From: Thermoplasmata archaeon
Lineage (GTDB): Archaea > Thermoplasmatota > Thermoplasmata > Lutacidiplasmatales > UBA184
Assembly (NCBI GenBank): GCA_035933635.1
Contig: DASYYY010000005.1
Coordinates: 4 to 64,003 of the forward strand
Reading direction: 5' to 3'
DNA length: 64,000 nt
The notes beneath the pieces are model-generated. The model did not search any database. It worked only from the letters and a program-made list of their open reading frames with translations, and was not told the origin of the DNA. A program made the position numbers and the translations under genes. Below, piece by piece: positions 38,479 through 48,336 of the stretch. Positions within the stretch are counted from its first letter, which is position 1. Each line of letters starts with the position of its first letter.

Positions 38479-39777
38479 TCAGATGCCGAAGTACAGCGCC
38501 GCGAACGTCACGCCCACGCAGATCGCCGTCATCGGTGCGCCGTGGCGGACAAACTCCTTCAGTCCCAAGCGCTCCCCCTGCCGCTCGGCCTGCTCGACGA
38601 TGATGAGGTTGCTCGCCGCGCCGAGGAAGGTGAGGTTGCCCGCGAGGGTGCTCATCGCCGCGAGCCCCAGCCACACCGTCGGCGTCGTCGCGGTGTAGCC
38701 GAGGTGGCTCAGGACCGGGATCTGCAATGCGACCCACGGAACGTTGCTGAACAGCTGCGGTCCGAGGAGGCTCGTGAGCGCGATCGCCGGTAGCGGGCTC
38801 GCTCCGGAGTGAGCGCCCGGGATCGGCAGCAACGACTCGAGCGACCCGACGACGCCGGAGGAGGTGGCCCCCGCCACGACCAAGAACAACCCTCCGAACA
38901 GGAGCATCAGCGTCCAGTTGACCCGCCGTACGAGCTCGACACGCCTCGACGACACCGCGAGGAGGACGGCCGCGCCGCCGAGCGCGACCAGGTAATCCGG
39001 TACCGCCTGGAACCCGAGAAGCTCGGCCGACAGATCGATCCCGACCATCGTGGCCATCGTCCCGCCAAAGACCCAGAGCGCGGGCAACCGCCGCAGGCGC
39101 GGCAGCCACCCGCCGCTCGGGAAGAGTGGGATCCTCGGGTAGCGCGCGTAGAGCGGCGAGGAAGAGTACTCGGCACGGAACGCGGCACGGAGATACCATC
39201 CCCCGAGGAGCAGGCACAGCACCGTAGGGACCAGCAGGTAGCGCAGGAACGTGGCGAAGGGGGCGGTGAACCCGCTCGAGAGCGCGACCAGCAGGTTCTG
39301 GGGATTCCCGATCGGGGTCGCCACGCTCCCGACGGTCACGGCGAACGCGAGCGTCAGTAGCAGCGGGGTCGGCGAGATGCCCAGGCGGCGGGAGACGAGG
39401 ATGAGGAGCGGCACACCGAGAAGGACCAGCGCGTCGTTGACGAGGAACGCCGAGAGCACCCCGAGCCCGAGGAAGAGCGCGAACGCCAGTTCCGGGAGGT
39501 CGCGGGAGCGTCCGATCAGCCAGTGCGCCAGATGCTCGATGGCCCCCGACTTCTCGAGACCCGCCGTCAGCACGAACAGTGCCAGCAGGAACAGAAGGAT
39601 GGGAACGGCCGCGTCGAGGGCTGCGGCCGCGGCGCCGAGCGGGAGTATTCCCGACCCGACGAACAGCCCACCACCGGCCAGGAAGACCGCCCATGCGGGC
39701 GGGCCCCGATGGAAGACCTGGGGCGCGAGGAGCGCCCCGTAGACCCCCACGAGAAGCAGCGCACCGGCCCACTCCAT
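38479..39777 (-). CDS. ArsB/CitM/SLC13-like ion transporter
   Basis: SAFLVND, TPIGNPQN, FSNVP, STLAGNLT..GAASN; many TM helices. Confidence 0.88.
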   Translation of the reverse strand: MEWAGALLLVGVYGALLAPQVFHRGPPAWAVFLAGGGLFVGSGILPLGAAAAALDAAVPILLFLLALFVLTAGLEKSGAIEHLAHWLIGRSRDLPELAFALFLGLGVLSAFLVNDALVLLGVPLLILVSRRLGISPTPLLLTLAFAVTVGSVATPIGNPQNLLVALSSGFTAPFATFLRYLLVPTVLCLLLGGWYLRAAFRAEYSSSPLYARYPRIPLFPSGGWLPRLRRLPALWVFGGTMATMVGIDLSAELLGFQAVPDYLVALGGAAVLLAVSSRRVELVRRVNWTLMLLFGGLFLVVAGATSSGVVGSLESLLPIPGAHSGASPLPAIALTSLLGPQLFSNVPWVALQIPVLSHLGYTATTPTVWLGLAAMSTLAGNLTFLGAASNLIIVEQAERQGERLGLKEFVRHGAPMTAICVGVTFAALYFGI

Positions 39778-39954
39778 CGTCGCGAGGATGCGGCCCGGCT
39801 TTTAGGAGCCCGGGCACGCCCGGGAGCGACCCAGACCGCCCGGACGATTCAGCGGGAGGGAGTCGCGAGGCTCGGTCGTAGACCATGGTCGGCAGGGCCG
39901 ACCTATTTTGGGGAAGTCATTTTGAGCCTCAGCCCACTCCCGCCACCTCCACCC

Positions 39955-41004
39955 ATGGTCGTCCGCGTCGCGGTCAACGGCTACGGAACGATCGGCAAGC
40001 GGGTCGCGGACGCTGTCGCCCGACAGCGCGACATGAAGCTCGTGGGCGTGACCAAGACCCGGCCTAGCTTCGAGGCGGAGATCGCCCGCCAACGTGGGTA
40101 CCCGCTCTTCGTCGGCGGAACCGGCCGCATCGAAGAGTTCCGCAGCGCCGGTCTCGAGGTCGCCGGGACCCTGACCGACCTGCTCGGGCAGGCCGATGTG
40201 GTGGTCGATTGCGCCCCCGAGAAGGTCGGCCGGGAGAATGCCAAGCTGTATCGCGACCTCAAGCTCCGATCGGTCTTCCAGGGCGGGGAGAAGGCCGACG
40301 TCGCCGAGCACTCGTTCAACGCGCTGGCGAACTATGCGCAGTGCCTCGGAGCCAACAGCCTGCGGGTCGTATCCTGCAACACCACCGGCCTCGCGCGCGC
40401 CGCGTCGGTGCTGCAGTCGCGCTGGGGCGTGGAACGTTGGGACGCGACGATCGTCCGTCGCGCCGGGGACCCGAGCGAATCCGATCGCGGCCCGATCAAC
40501 GGGATCCTGCCGACCTTCAAGCTCCCCAGCCACCACGGGCCCGACGTCCGGACGATCTACCCCGAGCTGGAGATCCGCACCACGGCGGTCGTCGTGCCCA
40601 CGACGCTCATGCATGTCCACGTCAACCAGGTCAAGCTCCGCAAGGCCCCCACGAACAGCGCCGACCTGGCCACCGCCTTCCGCTCCACCGCCCGCTTCCA
40701 CCTCTTTCGCGAATGGGAGAACGTCCAGGGGACCCCGCAGGTCATGGAGTTCGCCCGGGACCGAGGTGCCTCGGCGCGGCCCGACGTGATGGAGAATGTC
40801 CTCTGGGACCAGGGGATCCACGTCGACGGCACCGAAGCGACCTTCTTCCAGGCTATCCACCAGGAGTCGATCGTCGTCCCGGAGAACGTCGACGCGATCC
40901 GCGCGATGTTCAAGCTGGCCCCGGACGCCGCCAGCTCGATCGCGGTGACCGACCGGACCCTCGGGATCGGATCGCGTGGTGCGCCGGTCGCGGTCCCGGC
41001 CTAG
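39955..41004 (+). CDS. gap: Archaeal type II glyceraldehyde-3-phosphate dehydrogenase
   Basis: VNGYGTIGKRVADAV, FQGGEK, VVSCNTTGL, SHHGPDV, IHQESIVVPENVDAIRA. Confidence 0.97.
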   Translation: MVVRVAVNGYGTIGKRVADAVARQRDMKLVGVTKTRPSFEAEIARQRGYPLFVGGTGRIEEFRSAGLEVAGTLTDLLGQADVVVDCAPEKVGRENAKLYRDLKLRSVFQGGEKADVAEHSFNALANYAQCLGANSLRVVSCNTTGLARAASVLQSRWGVERWDATIVRRAGDPSESDRGPINGILPTFKLPSHHGPDVRTIYPELEIRTTAVVVPTTLMHVHVNQVKLRKAPTNSADLATAFRSTARFHLFREWENVQGTPQVMEFARDRGASARPDVMENVLWDQGIHVDGTEATFFQAIHQESIVVPENVDAIRAMFKLAPDAASSIAVTDRTLGIGSRGAPVAVPA

Positions 41005-41057
41005 CCGCCCGGCGCACCGTGGCGGAGACACGGCGACGCGTGGGCGGCCCGAGCCGC

Positions 41058-41564
41058 GTGCTGAGCTTCACGGCGGAGATCCTCCAACGGGGCGTGAACC
41101 CCTTCGTTCCCGTGAGCCCGATCCGATCGCGACGCCTGCGCTCCGAAGGCCGGGGACCGTTACCGGTCCTCCTGCGCATCAACGGCGGTCCGACGAAGGC
41201 GTGGCGCACGAACCTGATGCCCGATGGCCACGGCGGCTTCCTGCTCTATCTCCACGGACCGGCCCGGCGCGGCGCCGGCGTCCGGGTCGGGGATCGTGTA
41301 CGGATCTCGATCGAACTCGACCGCCGCTATCGCGGCGGTCCCCAACACCGGATGCCGCCCACGCTCCGAGCGGGTCTCGCGCGCGTGCCGTCCGCGGCGC
41401 GCCACTGGTCGGCCCTGGTGCCGAGTCGCAAGAAGGAGGTCCTGCGCTACCTGGCCCGGCTCCGGGGATCGGAGGCCCGAGCGCGGAACATCGCATTGAC
41501 GCTCCGTGCTCTCTCCGGGGCGAGGGTCCGATTTCTCGGCCAGGAGTGGATCGACGGGCGGTGA
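41058..41564 (+). CDS. DUF1905 / YdeI-OmpD-associated family protein
   Basis: FTAEI..G.NPFV.V, LMPDG.G, GVRVGD.V, W..L.PSRKKE.LRY; GTG start chosen within ORF 40209..41564. Confidence 0.75.
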   Translation: MLSFTAEILQRGVNPFVPVSPIRSRRLRSEGRGPLPVLLRINGGPTKAWRTNLMPDGHGGFLLYLHGPARRGAGVRVGDRVRISIELDRRYRGGPQHRMPPTLRAGLARVPSAARHWSALVPSRKKEVLRYLARLRGSEARARNIALTLRALSGARVRFLGQEWIDGR

Positions 41565-41588
41565 GGGTGCATGCCCCGGCGATCCGCA

Positions 41589-42014
41589 CTAGGCGAGCGC
41601 GCGCTTGAGCAATGCGACAATCCGATCCTCGTCGGCCCGCGTCATGGCGGTGAGGGCGAACTCCGTCGGCCACATGCTCCCCTCGTCGAGCTTGGCCTCG
41701 TCGCTGAAGCCAAGGGTCGCGTAGCGTGTCTTGAACTTCTCAGCCGGCCGGAAGTAGAGGACGATGTCGTCGTCGTTGGAGTACGCCGGCATGCCGTACC
41801 ACGTTCGCGCGGCGAGTTGGGGCGCGTTCGCCTTGACCAGGGCGTGGAGCCGCTGACCGAGGGCGCGGTCGGAGGGATTCATCTCCTCGATCTTGGCCTG
41901 GACGTCCCGCTCACCTTCTTCGCGGGTGGCGCGCGCCTTCATCTCGCGGACCCGCTCCCGCATCGCGGCTTTCTCTTCGGCGCTGAACCCCTTGACGGGT
42001 TTCTTCGTCGGCAT
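41589..42014 (-). CDS. DUF1801 (YdhG-like) domain protein
   Basis: FSAEEKAAMRER, TWYGMPAY, KFKTRYATLGF, MWPTEFAL. Confidence 0.85.
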   Translation of the reverse strand: MPTKKPVKGFSAEEKAAMRERVREMKARATREEGERDVQAKIEEMNPSDRALGQRLHALVKANAPQLAARTWYGMPAYSNDDDIVLYFRPAEKFKTRYATLGFSDEAKLDEGSMWPTEFALTAMTRADEDRIVALLKRALA

Positions 42015-42155
42015 GGTCGGAACTCACCCACCCCGCCGGTGCGATAGGCGTACCGTCCGGCTTCCACCGGGCTGGATCCGGTCGACGCCGAGATGACCCT
42101 CCGCCGACGCGACGTCCCGCGCGCCGGCCCCCGTCCGCTGGAGTCGCGACATGAT

Positions 42156-42641
42156 TCAGGCTCCCTCGGCGGGGGTCGTCCCCCGCACCAGCTCCTCGAG
42201 CTGCTTCCAGACCGACTGAGCCCCGGCGACGGCGCCGTACTGGACCATCATGTCCCGAGCTTCCTTCGAAACGCACAGACTCGTGAGCCGGACCGCGGTC
42301 TTCCCTCCCGTCTCCTTCAGGTCCACGGTGGCGCGGATCTCGTTCCCCATTCCTTCGACCTCGAACGTGTACACGAGGCGGGTCACGGGCCGGACCTCGA
42401 GATATTTTCCGACGAAGACAATCGTTTGGCCCTTGGGATCGCGTTGGACGAACCGGTACGCGCCACCGGGACGGACGTCCATCGCTTCGACGATGAATGT
42501 GCTGCCCTTCGGGCCCCACCACCGTGACAACAGCGCCGGGTCGGTGTAGGCGGCGAACACCCGCGCGGCCGGCGCATGGAAGGTGCGTTCGACGACGAAT
42601 TCGCGGTCGGTACTCCCTGGTTCCTCGGTTGGTGTGCTCAT
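42156..42641 (-). CDS. SRPBCC/AHSA1 ligand-binding protein
   Basis: ERTFHAP..RVF.A.TDP..L..WWGP, DVRPGG.YRF. Confidence 0.88.
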   Translation of the reverse strand: MSTPTEEPGSTDREFVVERTFHAPAARVFAAYTDPALLSRWWGPKGSTFIVEAMDVRPGGAYRFVQRDPKGQTIVFVGKYLEVRPVTRLVYTFEVEGMGNEIRATVDLKETGGKTAVRLTSLCVSKEARDMMVQYGAVAGAQSVWKQLEELVRGTTPAEGA

Positions 42642-43018
42642 GGTTGCTTTTCCTGATTCTTCTTCTTCGGCGACCGTTCGACGAGCTGGGCCAGGCGACC
42701 CAGGCGAACGGTCTCGTCGGCGAGGTACTTGCGGACCCACTCCTCGACACCGGCGAATCGCGCCGGTTCCACGGCGTAGACCCGTTGCTGAGCCCGTACG
42801 GTGACGCGTACCAGCCCGACCTCACGCAGGACCTTCAGATGCCGCGAGACACCGGGCTGGCTCAGGTGGGGGAATCGTGCACCGATCTCGCCGGCGTTCC
42901 GGGGTCCCCGCCACAAGAGGTCGAGGATCGATCGCCGCGTCGGGTCGGCAAGGGCGGCGAAGACACCCCCGGTCGGAGACCGCTCGTGCGAAGGTTCCCC
43001 GCCAGGCGCTCGAGACAT
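42638..43018 (-). CDS. ArsR/SmtB family transcriptional regulator
   Basis: FAALADPTRRSIL, SQPGVSRHLKVLREVGLV. Confidence 0.92.
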   Translation of the reverse strand: MSRAPGGEPSHERSPTGGVFAALADPTRRSILDLLWRGPRNAGEIGARFPHLSQPGVSRHLKVLREVGLVRVTVRAQQRVYAVEPARFAGVEEWVRKYLADETVRLGRLAQLVERSPKKKNQEKQP

Positions 43019-43038
43019 GAGTCTCCCCTAGGTACTGC

Positions 43039-43058
43039 ATATTATTCAATGATTATAT
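43039..43058. promoter_or_regulatory. AT-rich imperfect palindrome, candidate ArsR operator overlapping the promoter
   Basis: ATATTAT-TCAATG-ATTATAT about 20 bp upstream of the ArsR start. Confidence 0.55.
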
Positions 43059-43207
43059 AACGTGTAAGTAACACAGGGCCCTCCGTAGGCAGACTCCCGG
43101 GTTCCAGCCTGGTTTTCGGGATTCCCGGGCGGGTGAACCGCCGGGGGCGACCCCCGAGTTAGCGTGTGTCCGAACGGCTGAAAGCCCACCCCGGGTAGCA
43201 ACTCCCG

Positions 43208-43672
43208 ATGCCCGAGGAGGATCCGCCGATCCGGCTGTTGCTGATCGAGGATGACGAAGCGGACCTACGCCTCCTGGAGGAGACCCTCAAGGAGATCCCC
43301 GCGAACTTTCGCCTGGAGTATGCTTCGACCGGTGCCGAGGCGCTGCGCCGACTCGATATCTCCGGTCCTTCCGAGCAGCTTCCGGAGGTCGTGCTCCTCG
43401 ACCTCAACCTGCCCGGACTGGACGGACGCAAGGTCCTCGCACATCTCCGTGAGGTCCCCCAGCTCGCGGCACTGCCCGTCGTCGTGATCACCGCCTCTCC
43501 CGCGGACGTGGACGTGCTCACCGCCTTCGACCTGAGAGCCCAGGGCTATCTGCGGAAACCGGTCGAAGCTCCGAGCCTGCATTCGGTGCTCAGCCGGGTT
43601 TCCAGTCGGGTCCCTCCCCCGCCCGGCGAACCACCGCGGAGCCCCCCCCCGAAGTCGCGGGCGGTTTCCTAG
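43208..43672 (+). CDS. Single-domain response regulator (Rcp1-like)
   Basis: LLIEDDEAD, LLDLNLPGLDG, VITAS..DV, YLRKPV. Confidence 0.92.
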   Translation: MPEEDPPIRLLLIEDDEADLRLLEETLKEIPANFRLEYASTGAEALRRLDISGPSEQLPEVVLLDLNLPGLDGRKVLAHLREVPQLAALPVVVITASPADVDVLTAFDLRAQGYLRKPVEAPSLHSVLSRVSSRVPPPPGEPPRSPPPKSRAVS

Positions 43673-45876
43673 GTGGGGGGTCCCGCCGGCGGGACCGCGG
43701 GCACCGAGAACCAGAACGTGGTGCCGTCGCCCGGGCGGCCCGTGCTTTCGACACCGATCTGCCCGTGATGCGCCTCGACGATCTTCTTGCAGATCGCCAG
43801 TCCCATCCCGTTCCCGGCGTACTCCTGGCGTGTGTGGAGCCGTCGGAACACATCGAAGATCTGTCCTTGGAACTCGGGGGGGATGCCGATGCCGTTGTCG
43901 CAGACCGAGAAGCGGAACCCCACCGCACCGGGGTCGGCCCGCACGCGGACGACGGGTCCGACATGGTCTCGGAACTTGATCGCGTTCGATAGGAGGTTCT
44001 GCCAGAGTCGCACCATGTCTTCCTTCCGACCGAGCACGGCCGGGAGGGGGGTTTCCCGACGGACCTCGGCCCGGCTCTCGTCCAGCGCCCGACGCAGCCG
44101 TTCGAGCGCCTCGTCGACGGCGGCTTCCATCGAGACCTCCTGGGGCGGGTCGCGGCCGGTGCCCATTCGACCCAGGTCGAGCAGGTCGTCGATGAGCGTC
44201 CGCATCCGGGCGGTGGAGCTCCGGAGCTGGCGCAGGTACTCGGTCGCCTGCGGGTCGAGCTGCCCGGCGCAGCGCTGGTCGAGCAGGCGACCGTACCCTT
44301 CGATGGTTCCGAGCGGCTCTTGGAGGTCGTGCGAGGCCACGTAGGCGAACTGCGCCAGGTCGCGGTTGGAGCGTACGAGCTCGTCCTGACCCGCCTTGAG
44401 CTCGCGGAGGATCTGCTCCCGGTCCGTGACGTCGATCATGACGCCCACGATCTGCCGGCGGGACCGGTCCTCCGAGGTGAGGACGCGGGCGGCGGTCTCG
44501 ACGTAGTGGACCTCCCCGTTCGGCCAGAGGATTCGGAGCTTCTGGAAGGGCAGCTCCTCCATCGTCTCGGCCGAGCGCAGATACTCCTCGAGCCGCTGCC
44601 GGGACGCCACGCGGTCGGTCGGGTGCACGCCCGCGAACGCCTGCTCCAACGTCAAGGGCGGTCGCTCGCTGCCGAAGCCGAAGATGTGGTACATCTCGTC
44701 CGACCAGGACACCCGGCGCGTAGCCACGTCGAGCTCCCAGGTCCCGACGTGGCCGACCGACTGCGCCGTGTCGAGCGCGGCGGTGCGTTCCCGTACCCTC
44801 TGCTCGAGCGTGCTCCGGCTCTCTTCCAGCTCGTCGGTCAGGCGGCCGCGCTGGTAGCGCTCCGCACCGACCAGCAGGCCGGTGAGGGCGACCGAACCGA
44901 CGAACAGCTGGACGGCGACCAGCGCTTCCGGTCGCGGGAGCTTGGCGAAGGCCCCCACGCCACCCAGCGTCGCGCCGAGCGCGATCGCGTTGCACGCGAC
45001 CGCGAATCCGGCCGCGCCGAGCCGACCGAAGCGGAAGGCGGCCCAGACGAGCAACGGGAGCAATAGGAAGATGATGCCCGCGGGTGCGCCGTTGACGAAC
45101 ACCGCCGACGGCGGGTAGAAGACCAGGTCGAACGCCACCGCGGTCGCCACCCCGAGCGCCAGCAGCTCGATCGCGGCGTTCCGACGAGGCCGTGCCCAGC
45201 GCCGGTCGCGGAACGCCGAGAGGGCGAGGAAGATCAGTAGCCCGACCTCGATGCCTCCCACGGAATCGCCGATCCACCAGATTGCCCACAGGGTCGGGAA
45301 GGCCGAGACGCGGGCGTGGCCCAGCGCGGCGAGGGCCGAATTACCCACGAACGCCGAGATGGCCGCCGCGGGGAGGACCGCGAGCGTCGAGAAGGCGAGC
45401 ACCGATTCCGGGGAGTCCGCCGCGGCCGGCCCGCCCGCGAACCGGAGGGCCAGATAGGCGCCGACGAGCCCCTCGAGCACGTTGCCCCCGGCGATGGCGA
45501 GCGAGCTGAGCGGGTCGCCGGTGACCGAGATGTTGTAGACGAACGCGCCGACGGCGATGGCCGGCCAGTAGCGATAGCCGACCAGGACGAGCCCGGCGAT
45601 CGCGATACCGGTCGCGGGCCATACCGCCGAGACGCTCGAATTCGGAAAGGCGATCAGGAGGCCGGCACGACCCGCGACGAAGTACGTCAGGGCGAAGGTC
45701 GAGAGGATGAGGAGCGAGCGCGCGTCGTACCGGGGCCATAGGCCGGGCCTCGGCTCCGTTGGGCTCGGTTCGGGCTCCCGCCCCGCGACGGACAAAGGGA
45801 GTTCCTCGACAGGGGCCCGCAGCCCTTCACCCCTCAAAATGGACGCGAAGGTCGACCGACCGCGACCCGCCGCCAT
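43669..45876 (-). CDS. MASE1-PAS sensor histidine kinase
   Basis: MASE1-like TM region (VWPATGI, WWIGD), PAS (WSDEMY.IFG), H box FAYVASHDLQEPL, NAIKF, DNGIG, G.GMGL; start uncertain (45876 or TTG 45795). Confidence 0.9.
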   Translation of the reverse strand: MAAGRGRSTFASILRGEGLRAPVEELPLSVAGREPEPSPTEPRPGLWPRYDARSLLILSTFALTYFVAGRAGLLIAFPNSSVSAVWPATGIAIAGLVLVGYRYWPAIAVGAFVYNISVTGDPLSSLAIAGGNVLEGLVGAYLALRFAGGPAAADSPESVLAFSTLAVLPAAAISAFVGNSALAALGHARVSAFPTLWAIWWIGDSVGGIEVGLLIFLALSAFRDRRWARPRRNAAIELLALGVATAVAFDLVFYPPSAVFVNGAPAGIIFLLLPLLVWAAFRFGRLGAAGFAVACNAIALGATLGGVGAFAKLPRPEALVAVQLFVGSVALTGLLVGAERYQRGRLTDELEESRSTLEQRVRERTAALDTAQSVGHVGTWELDVATRRVSWSDEMYHIFGFGSERPPLTLEQAFAGVHPTDRVASRQRLEEYLRSAETMEELPFQKLRILWPNGEVHYVETAARVLTSEDRSRRQIVGVMIDVTDREQILRELKAGQDELVRSNRDLAQFAYVASHDLQEPLGTIEGYGRLLDQRCAGQLDPQATEYLRQLRSSTARMRTLIDDLLDLGRMGTGRDPPQEVSMEAAVDEALERLRRALDESRAEVRRETPLPAVLGRKEDMVRLWQNLLSNAIKFRDHVGPVVRVRADPGAVGFRFSVCDNGIGIPPEFQGQIFDVFRRLHTRQEYAGNGMGLAICKKIVEAHHGQIGVESTGRPGDGTTFWFSVPAVPPAGPPT

Positions 45877-45978
45877 GGCGCGAGCGGGGAGCTGTCCGAA
45901 CGGCGGGACCGGTTCGGTTTGGATTCGCCGCCCCCGAAATGGCAAGAATCAAATACATCGTCAAGGTCCGCGCGCCGA

Positions 45979-46638
45979 ATGTATCACATTGATCACCGAC
46001 GCGACGTCGTGCGCATCCCCCCCGAGCGCCTCGGGCTCCGCCTCGAGACGGTCTTGCCCGAGCTGGCCCAGCAGCAGTTCGAGGGTAAGCTCGTCGACGC
46101 CCAGAACCTGACCGTGATGATCCGCGACGTCACCCCGATCGGCGAGGGCCACATCATCCACGGCGACGGCGGCGTCTACCAGGAGGTCGACTACAGCGCG
46201 CTCCTGTTCCGCCCCGAGATCCAGGAGGTCGTCGAGGGCAACGTCGTCGAGATCCGCAAGTTCGGTGCCTTCGTCCGATTCGGTCCGCTGGACGGGCTGC
46301 TCCACGTCTCCCAGATCATGGACGACCGGGTGAACATCGATGAGCACAACCAGCGGCTCGTCGGCGTCGAAACCAAGAAGGACCTCAAGGTCGGCTACAA
46401 GGTCCGCGCCCGGGTCGTCTCGCTCTCCCTCTCGGAGATCTCCCCCCGCGACAGCCGCATCGGCCTGACGATGCGCCAGCCCGGTCTCGGCCGCCTGGAA
46501 TGGATCCAGGAGGCGCACAAGAAGGCCGAGGAGAAGACCGGCAAGAAGCCCGAGCGGCCCGGCGGCAAGAAGGAGCCCGCCCGGCCGGCGGCTGCCGCCG
46601 GCAAGCCCGCCGCCGGCGCCAAGCCCGCCGCGGCGTGA
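45979..46638 (+). CDS. rpoE1: RNA polymerase subunit E' (Rpo7)
   Basis: VRIPP, GDGGVY, FGAFVRFGPLDGLLHVSQI, IGLTMRQPGLG. Confidence 0.97.
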   Translation: MYHIDHRRDVVRIPPERLGLRLETVLPELAQQQFEGKLVDAQNLTVMIRDVTPIGEGHIIHGDGGVYQEVDYSALLFRPEIQEVVEGNVVEIRKFGAFVRFGPLDGLLHVSQIMDDRVNIDEHNQRLVGVETKKDLKVGYKVRARVVSLSLSEISPRDSRIGLTMRQPGLGRLEWIQEAHKKAEEKTGKKPERPGGKKEPARPAAAAGKPAAGAKPAAA

Positions 46639-46646
46639 GGTGAGCC

Positions 46647-46832
46647 GTGATCAATCTCAAGGCGTGCAAGAACTGCAACACCATCACTGAGGCGAACAAG
46701 TGTCCCCGCTGCGGCGGGGAGACCTCCCGGGAGTGGCAGGGCTACCTCATCGTGATCGACCCCGAGAAGTCCGAGATCGCCCGGAAGATGGGCATCCATG
46801 CCGCGGGCCGCTACGCGCTCCGGGTCAAGTGA
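46647..46832 (+). CDS. spt4: Transcription elongation factor Spt4 (RpoE'')
   Basis: ACKNC...CPRC, WQGYLIVIDPEKSEIA, GRYALRV. Confidence 0.95.
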   Translation: MINLKACKNCNTITEANKCPRCGGETSREWQGYLIVIDPEKSEIARKMGIHAAGRYALRVK

Positions 46833-47355
46833 GGAGCGCGTCTGGGTCGTTCCCGAATCGCTCCGCGCGACCCTCGCCGAGCGGTACGGACCGGTCTACG
46901 ACGGCGCCGAGGCCGAACGGCGCCTGCGCCACCTCGGAGTGTTTGCGAGCTGCGGTGACCGCGTCACCGCCTCGGCGATCGCGCTGCGCAAGCTCCCTCT
47001 GATCGGGATCGTCGACTACAAGACGCGCCGCAACGAGCCGGTCGACCCGGCCGCGTTCACCGAGCTCGCGGCCCGTCGCAAGGTGCACGTGCGCAATCCG
47101 GCCGGCACGCTCACGGAGGGCCTTCGCAAGGCGGTCAAGCGGCTCGTCCAGGAGGGCGGCGGATTGATCGAGGTCGACGGTGAGGAGGACCTGGGCTCGC
47201 TCGCGCTCGTCGAAGCGCTCCCCGTCGGGGCCACTGTTATATACGGCATCCCGGGTCAGGGCGTCTCCTTCGTGCGCGTCGACGAAGTGGCGAAGGAAAA
47301 TGTCCGCGCGCTGATCGCACAGATGGAACTGCGGAGGGTCGAACTTGGAGCTTAA
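46798..47355 (+). CDS. DUF359 GTP-dependent dephospho-CoA kinase
   Basis: GDRVT, IVDYKTRR, VRNPAG, VDGEEDL, VIYGIPGQG; conserved position between spt4 and rps24e; start uncertain. Confidence 0.88.
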   Translation: MPRAATRSGSSEERVWVVPESLRATLAERYGPVYDGAEAERRLRHLGVFASCGDRVTASAIALRKLPLIGIVDYKTRRNEPVDPAAFTELAARRKVHVRNPAGTLTEGLRKAVKRLVQEGGGLIEVDGEEDLGSLALVEALPVGATVIYGIPGQGVSFVRVDEVAKENVRALIAQMELRRVELGA

Positions 47356-47905
47356 GATCCTGGAGGAGCGGCCGAACCCGCTCCTGCAACGGACCGAGTA
47401 CCGGTTTGAGGTCACGCATACCGAGGCGGCGACCCCCACCATCGACGCCGTGCGGACCGCGCTTGCCCAGCAGCTCAAGGTCCCCAAGGACCGCCTCGTG
47501 ATCGAGGGGATGCATGCCCGGTTCGGTGCTCCCCAGACCCGCGGCGCCGCACTCGCCTACAAGACCGCCGACGCGGTCAAGGCGGTGAGCCGCGAGCACA
47601 TTCTGATCCGCAACGGCCTGAAGGAGAAGGCCGCCCCCGCCGCGCCGGGCGCCGCCCCGGCGGAGGCTCCCGCCGCGCCGGAGAAGCCCGCGGAGACCAA
47701 GCCGGCCAAGGAGGCCAAGCCCGAACCGGCCGCCAAGCCCGAGAAGGCTGAGAAGGCAGACAAGGGCGAGAAGGCGGACAAGGCCGAGAAGACCGAGAAA
47801 CCACCCAAGGCCGACAAGCACGAGGCTCCGGCCAAGGGTGAGAAGCACGACAAGTCCGACAAGCCGGCCAAGGCCGACAAGCCCGCTGAGAAGAAGGCCG
47901 CGTAG
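47345..47905 (+). CDS. rps24e: 30S ribosomal protein S24e with long Lys/Ala/Glu-rich tail
   Basis: [10 protein letters not shown]....VR, FG......A..Y, RN; synteny. Confidence 0.92.
   Translation: MELKILEERPNPLLQRTEYRFEVTHTEAATPTIDAVRTALAQQLKVPKDRLVIEGMHARFGAPQTRGAALAYKTADAVKAVSREHILIRNGLKEKAAPAAPGAAPAEAPAAPEKPAETKPAKEAKPEPAAKPEKAEKADKGEKADKAEKTEKPPKADKHEAPAKGEKHDKSDKPAKADKPAEKKAA
47740..47900 (+). repeat. Degenerate 9-bp (KAE/KAD) coding repeat in the S24e tail
   Basis: gagaaggct gagaaggca gacaagggc gagaaggcg gacaaggcc gagaagacc. Confidence 0.7.
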
Positions 47906-47913
47906 GTCGCACC

Positions 47914-48132
47914 ATGGCGAAGGGACGAGTCGGCCTCTACGCGGTCCAGGGCACCACCCTCAGCCGTACCCACAAGTATTGTCCGAAGTGCGGCCCGGGC
48001 ACCTTCCTGGCCGAGCACGCCAACCGCCGTTCGTGCGGGCACTGTGGCTACTCGGAGTCCAAGGCCCCCACGGAAAAGCCCACCGTCAAGCCCCCCAAGG
48101 GGGCCAAGCCCGCCGCCCCGAAACCCGCGTAA
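47914..48132 (+). CDS. rps27ae: 30S ribosomal protein S27ae
   Basis: [26 protein letters not shown]. Confidence 0.95.
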   Translation: MAKGRVGLYAVQGTTLSRTHKYCPKCGPGTFLAEHANRRSCGHCGYSESKAPTEKPTVKPPKGAKPAAPKPA

Positions 48133-48336
48133 GGTCCTTCGCGCGAGCGGCTCGCCGCTATCTCGGGATGCTCCGCCCGGAACGAACGATGGGAGAGGGC
48201 GGTGGCCGGACGTTCGCGTCGGTCCGCCCGAATGCCGGGCACTGACGACCCATCCGCCAGCGGTTGGGTACGCGTCCCCGAACGGAGCGGGGGTGCCCGG
48301 GTCGCCCGGGCGAATCGACGGCGGTAGCCTGCGGTC

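Noticed and set aside
37184..39886. Apparent 900-aa acyl-CoA dehydrogenase fusion
   Set aside because: The first ~500 codons are an Arg/Pro-rich off-frame reading of the transporter gene; the real protein starts at MDFELS (38374).
43070..43200. Structured RNA upstream of the Rcp1-like receiver
   Set aside because: Only short GC-rich hairpins expected by chance; no known riboswitch or ncRNA motif recognised.
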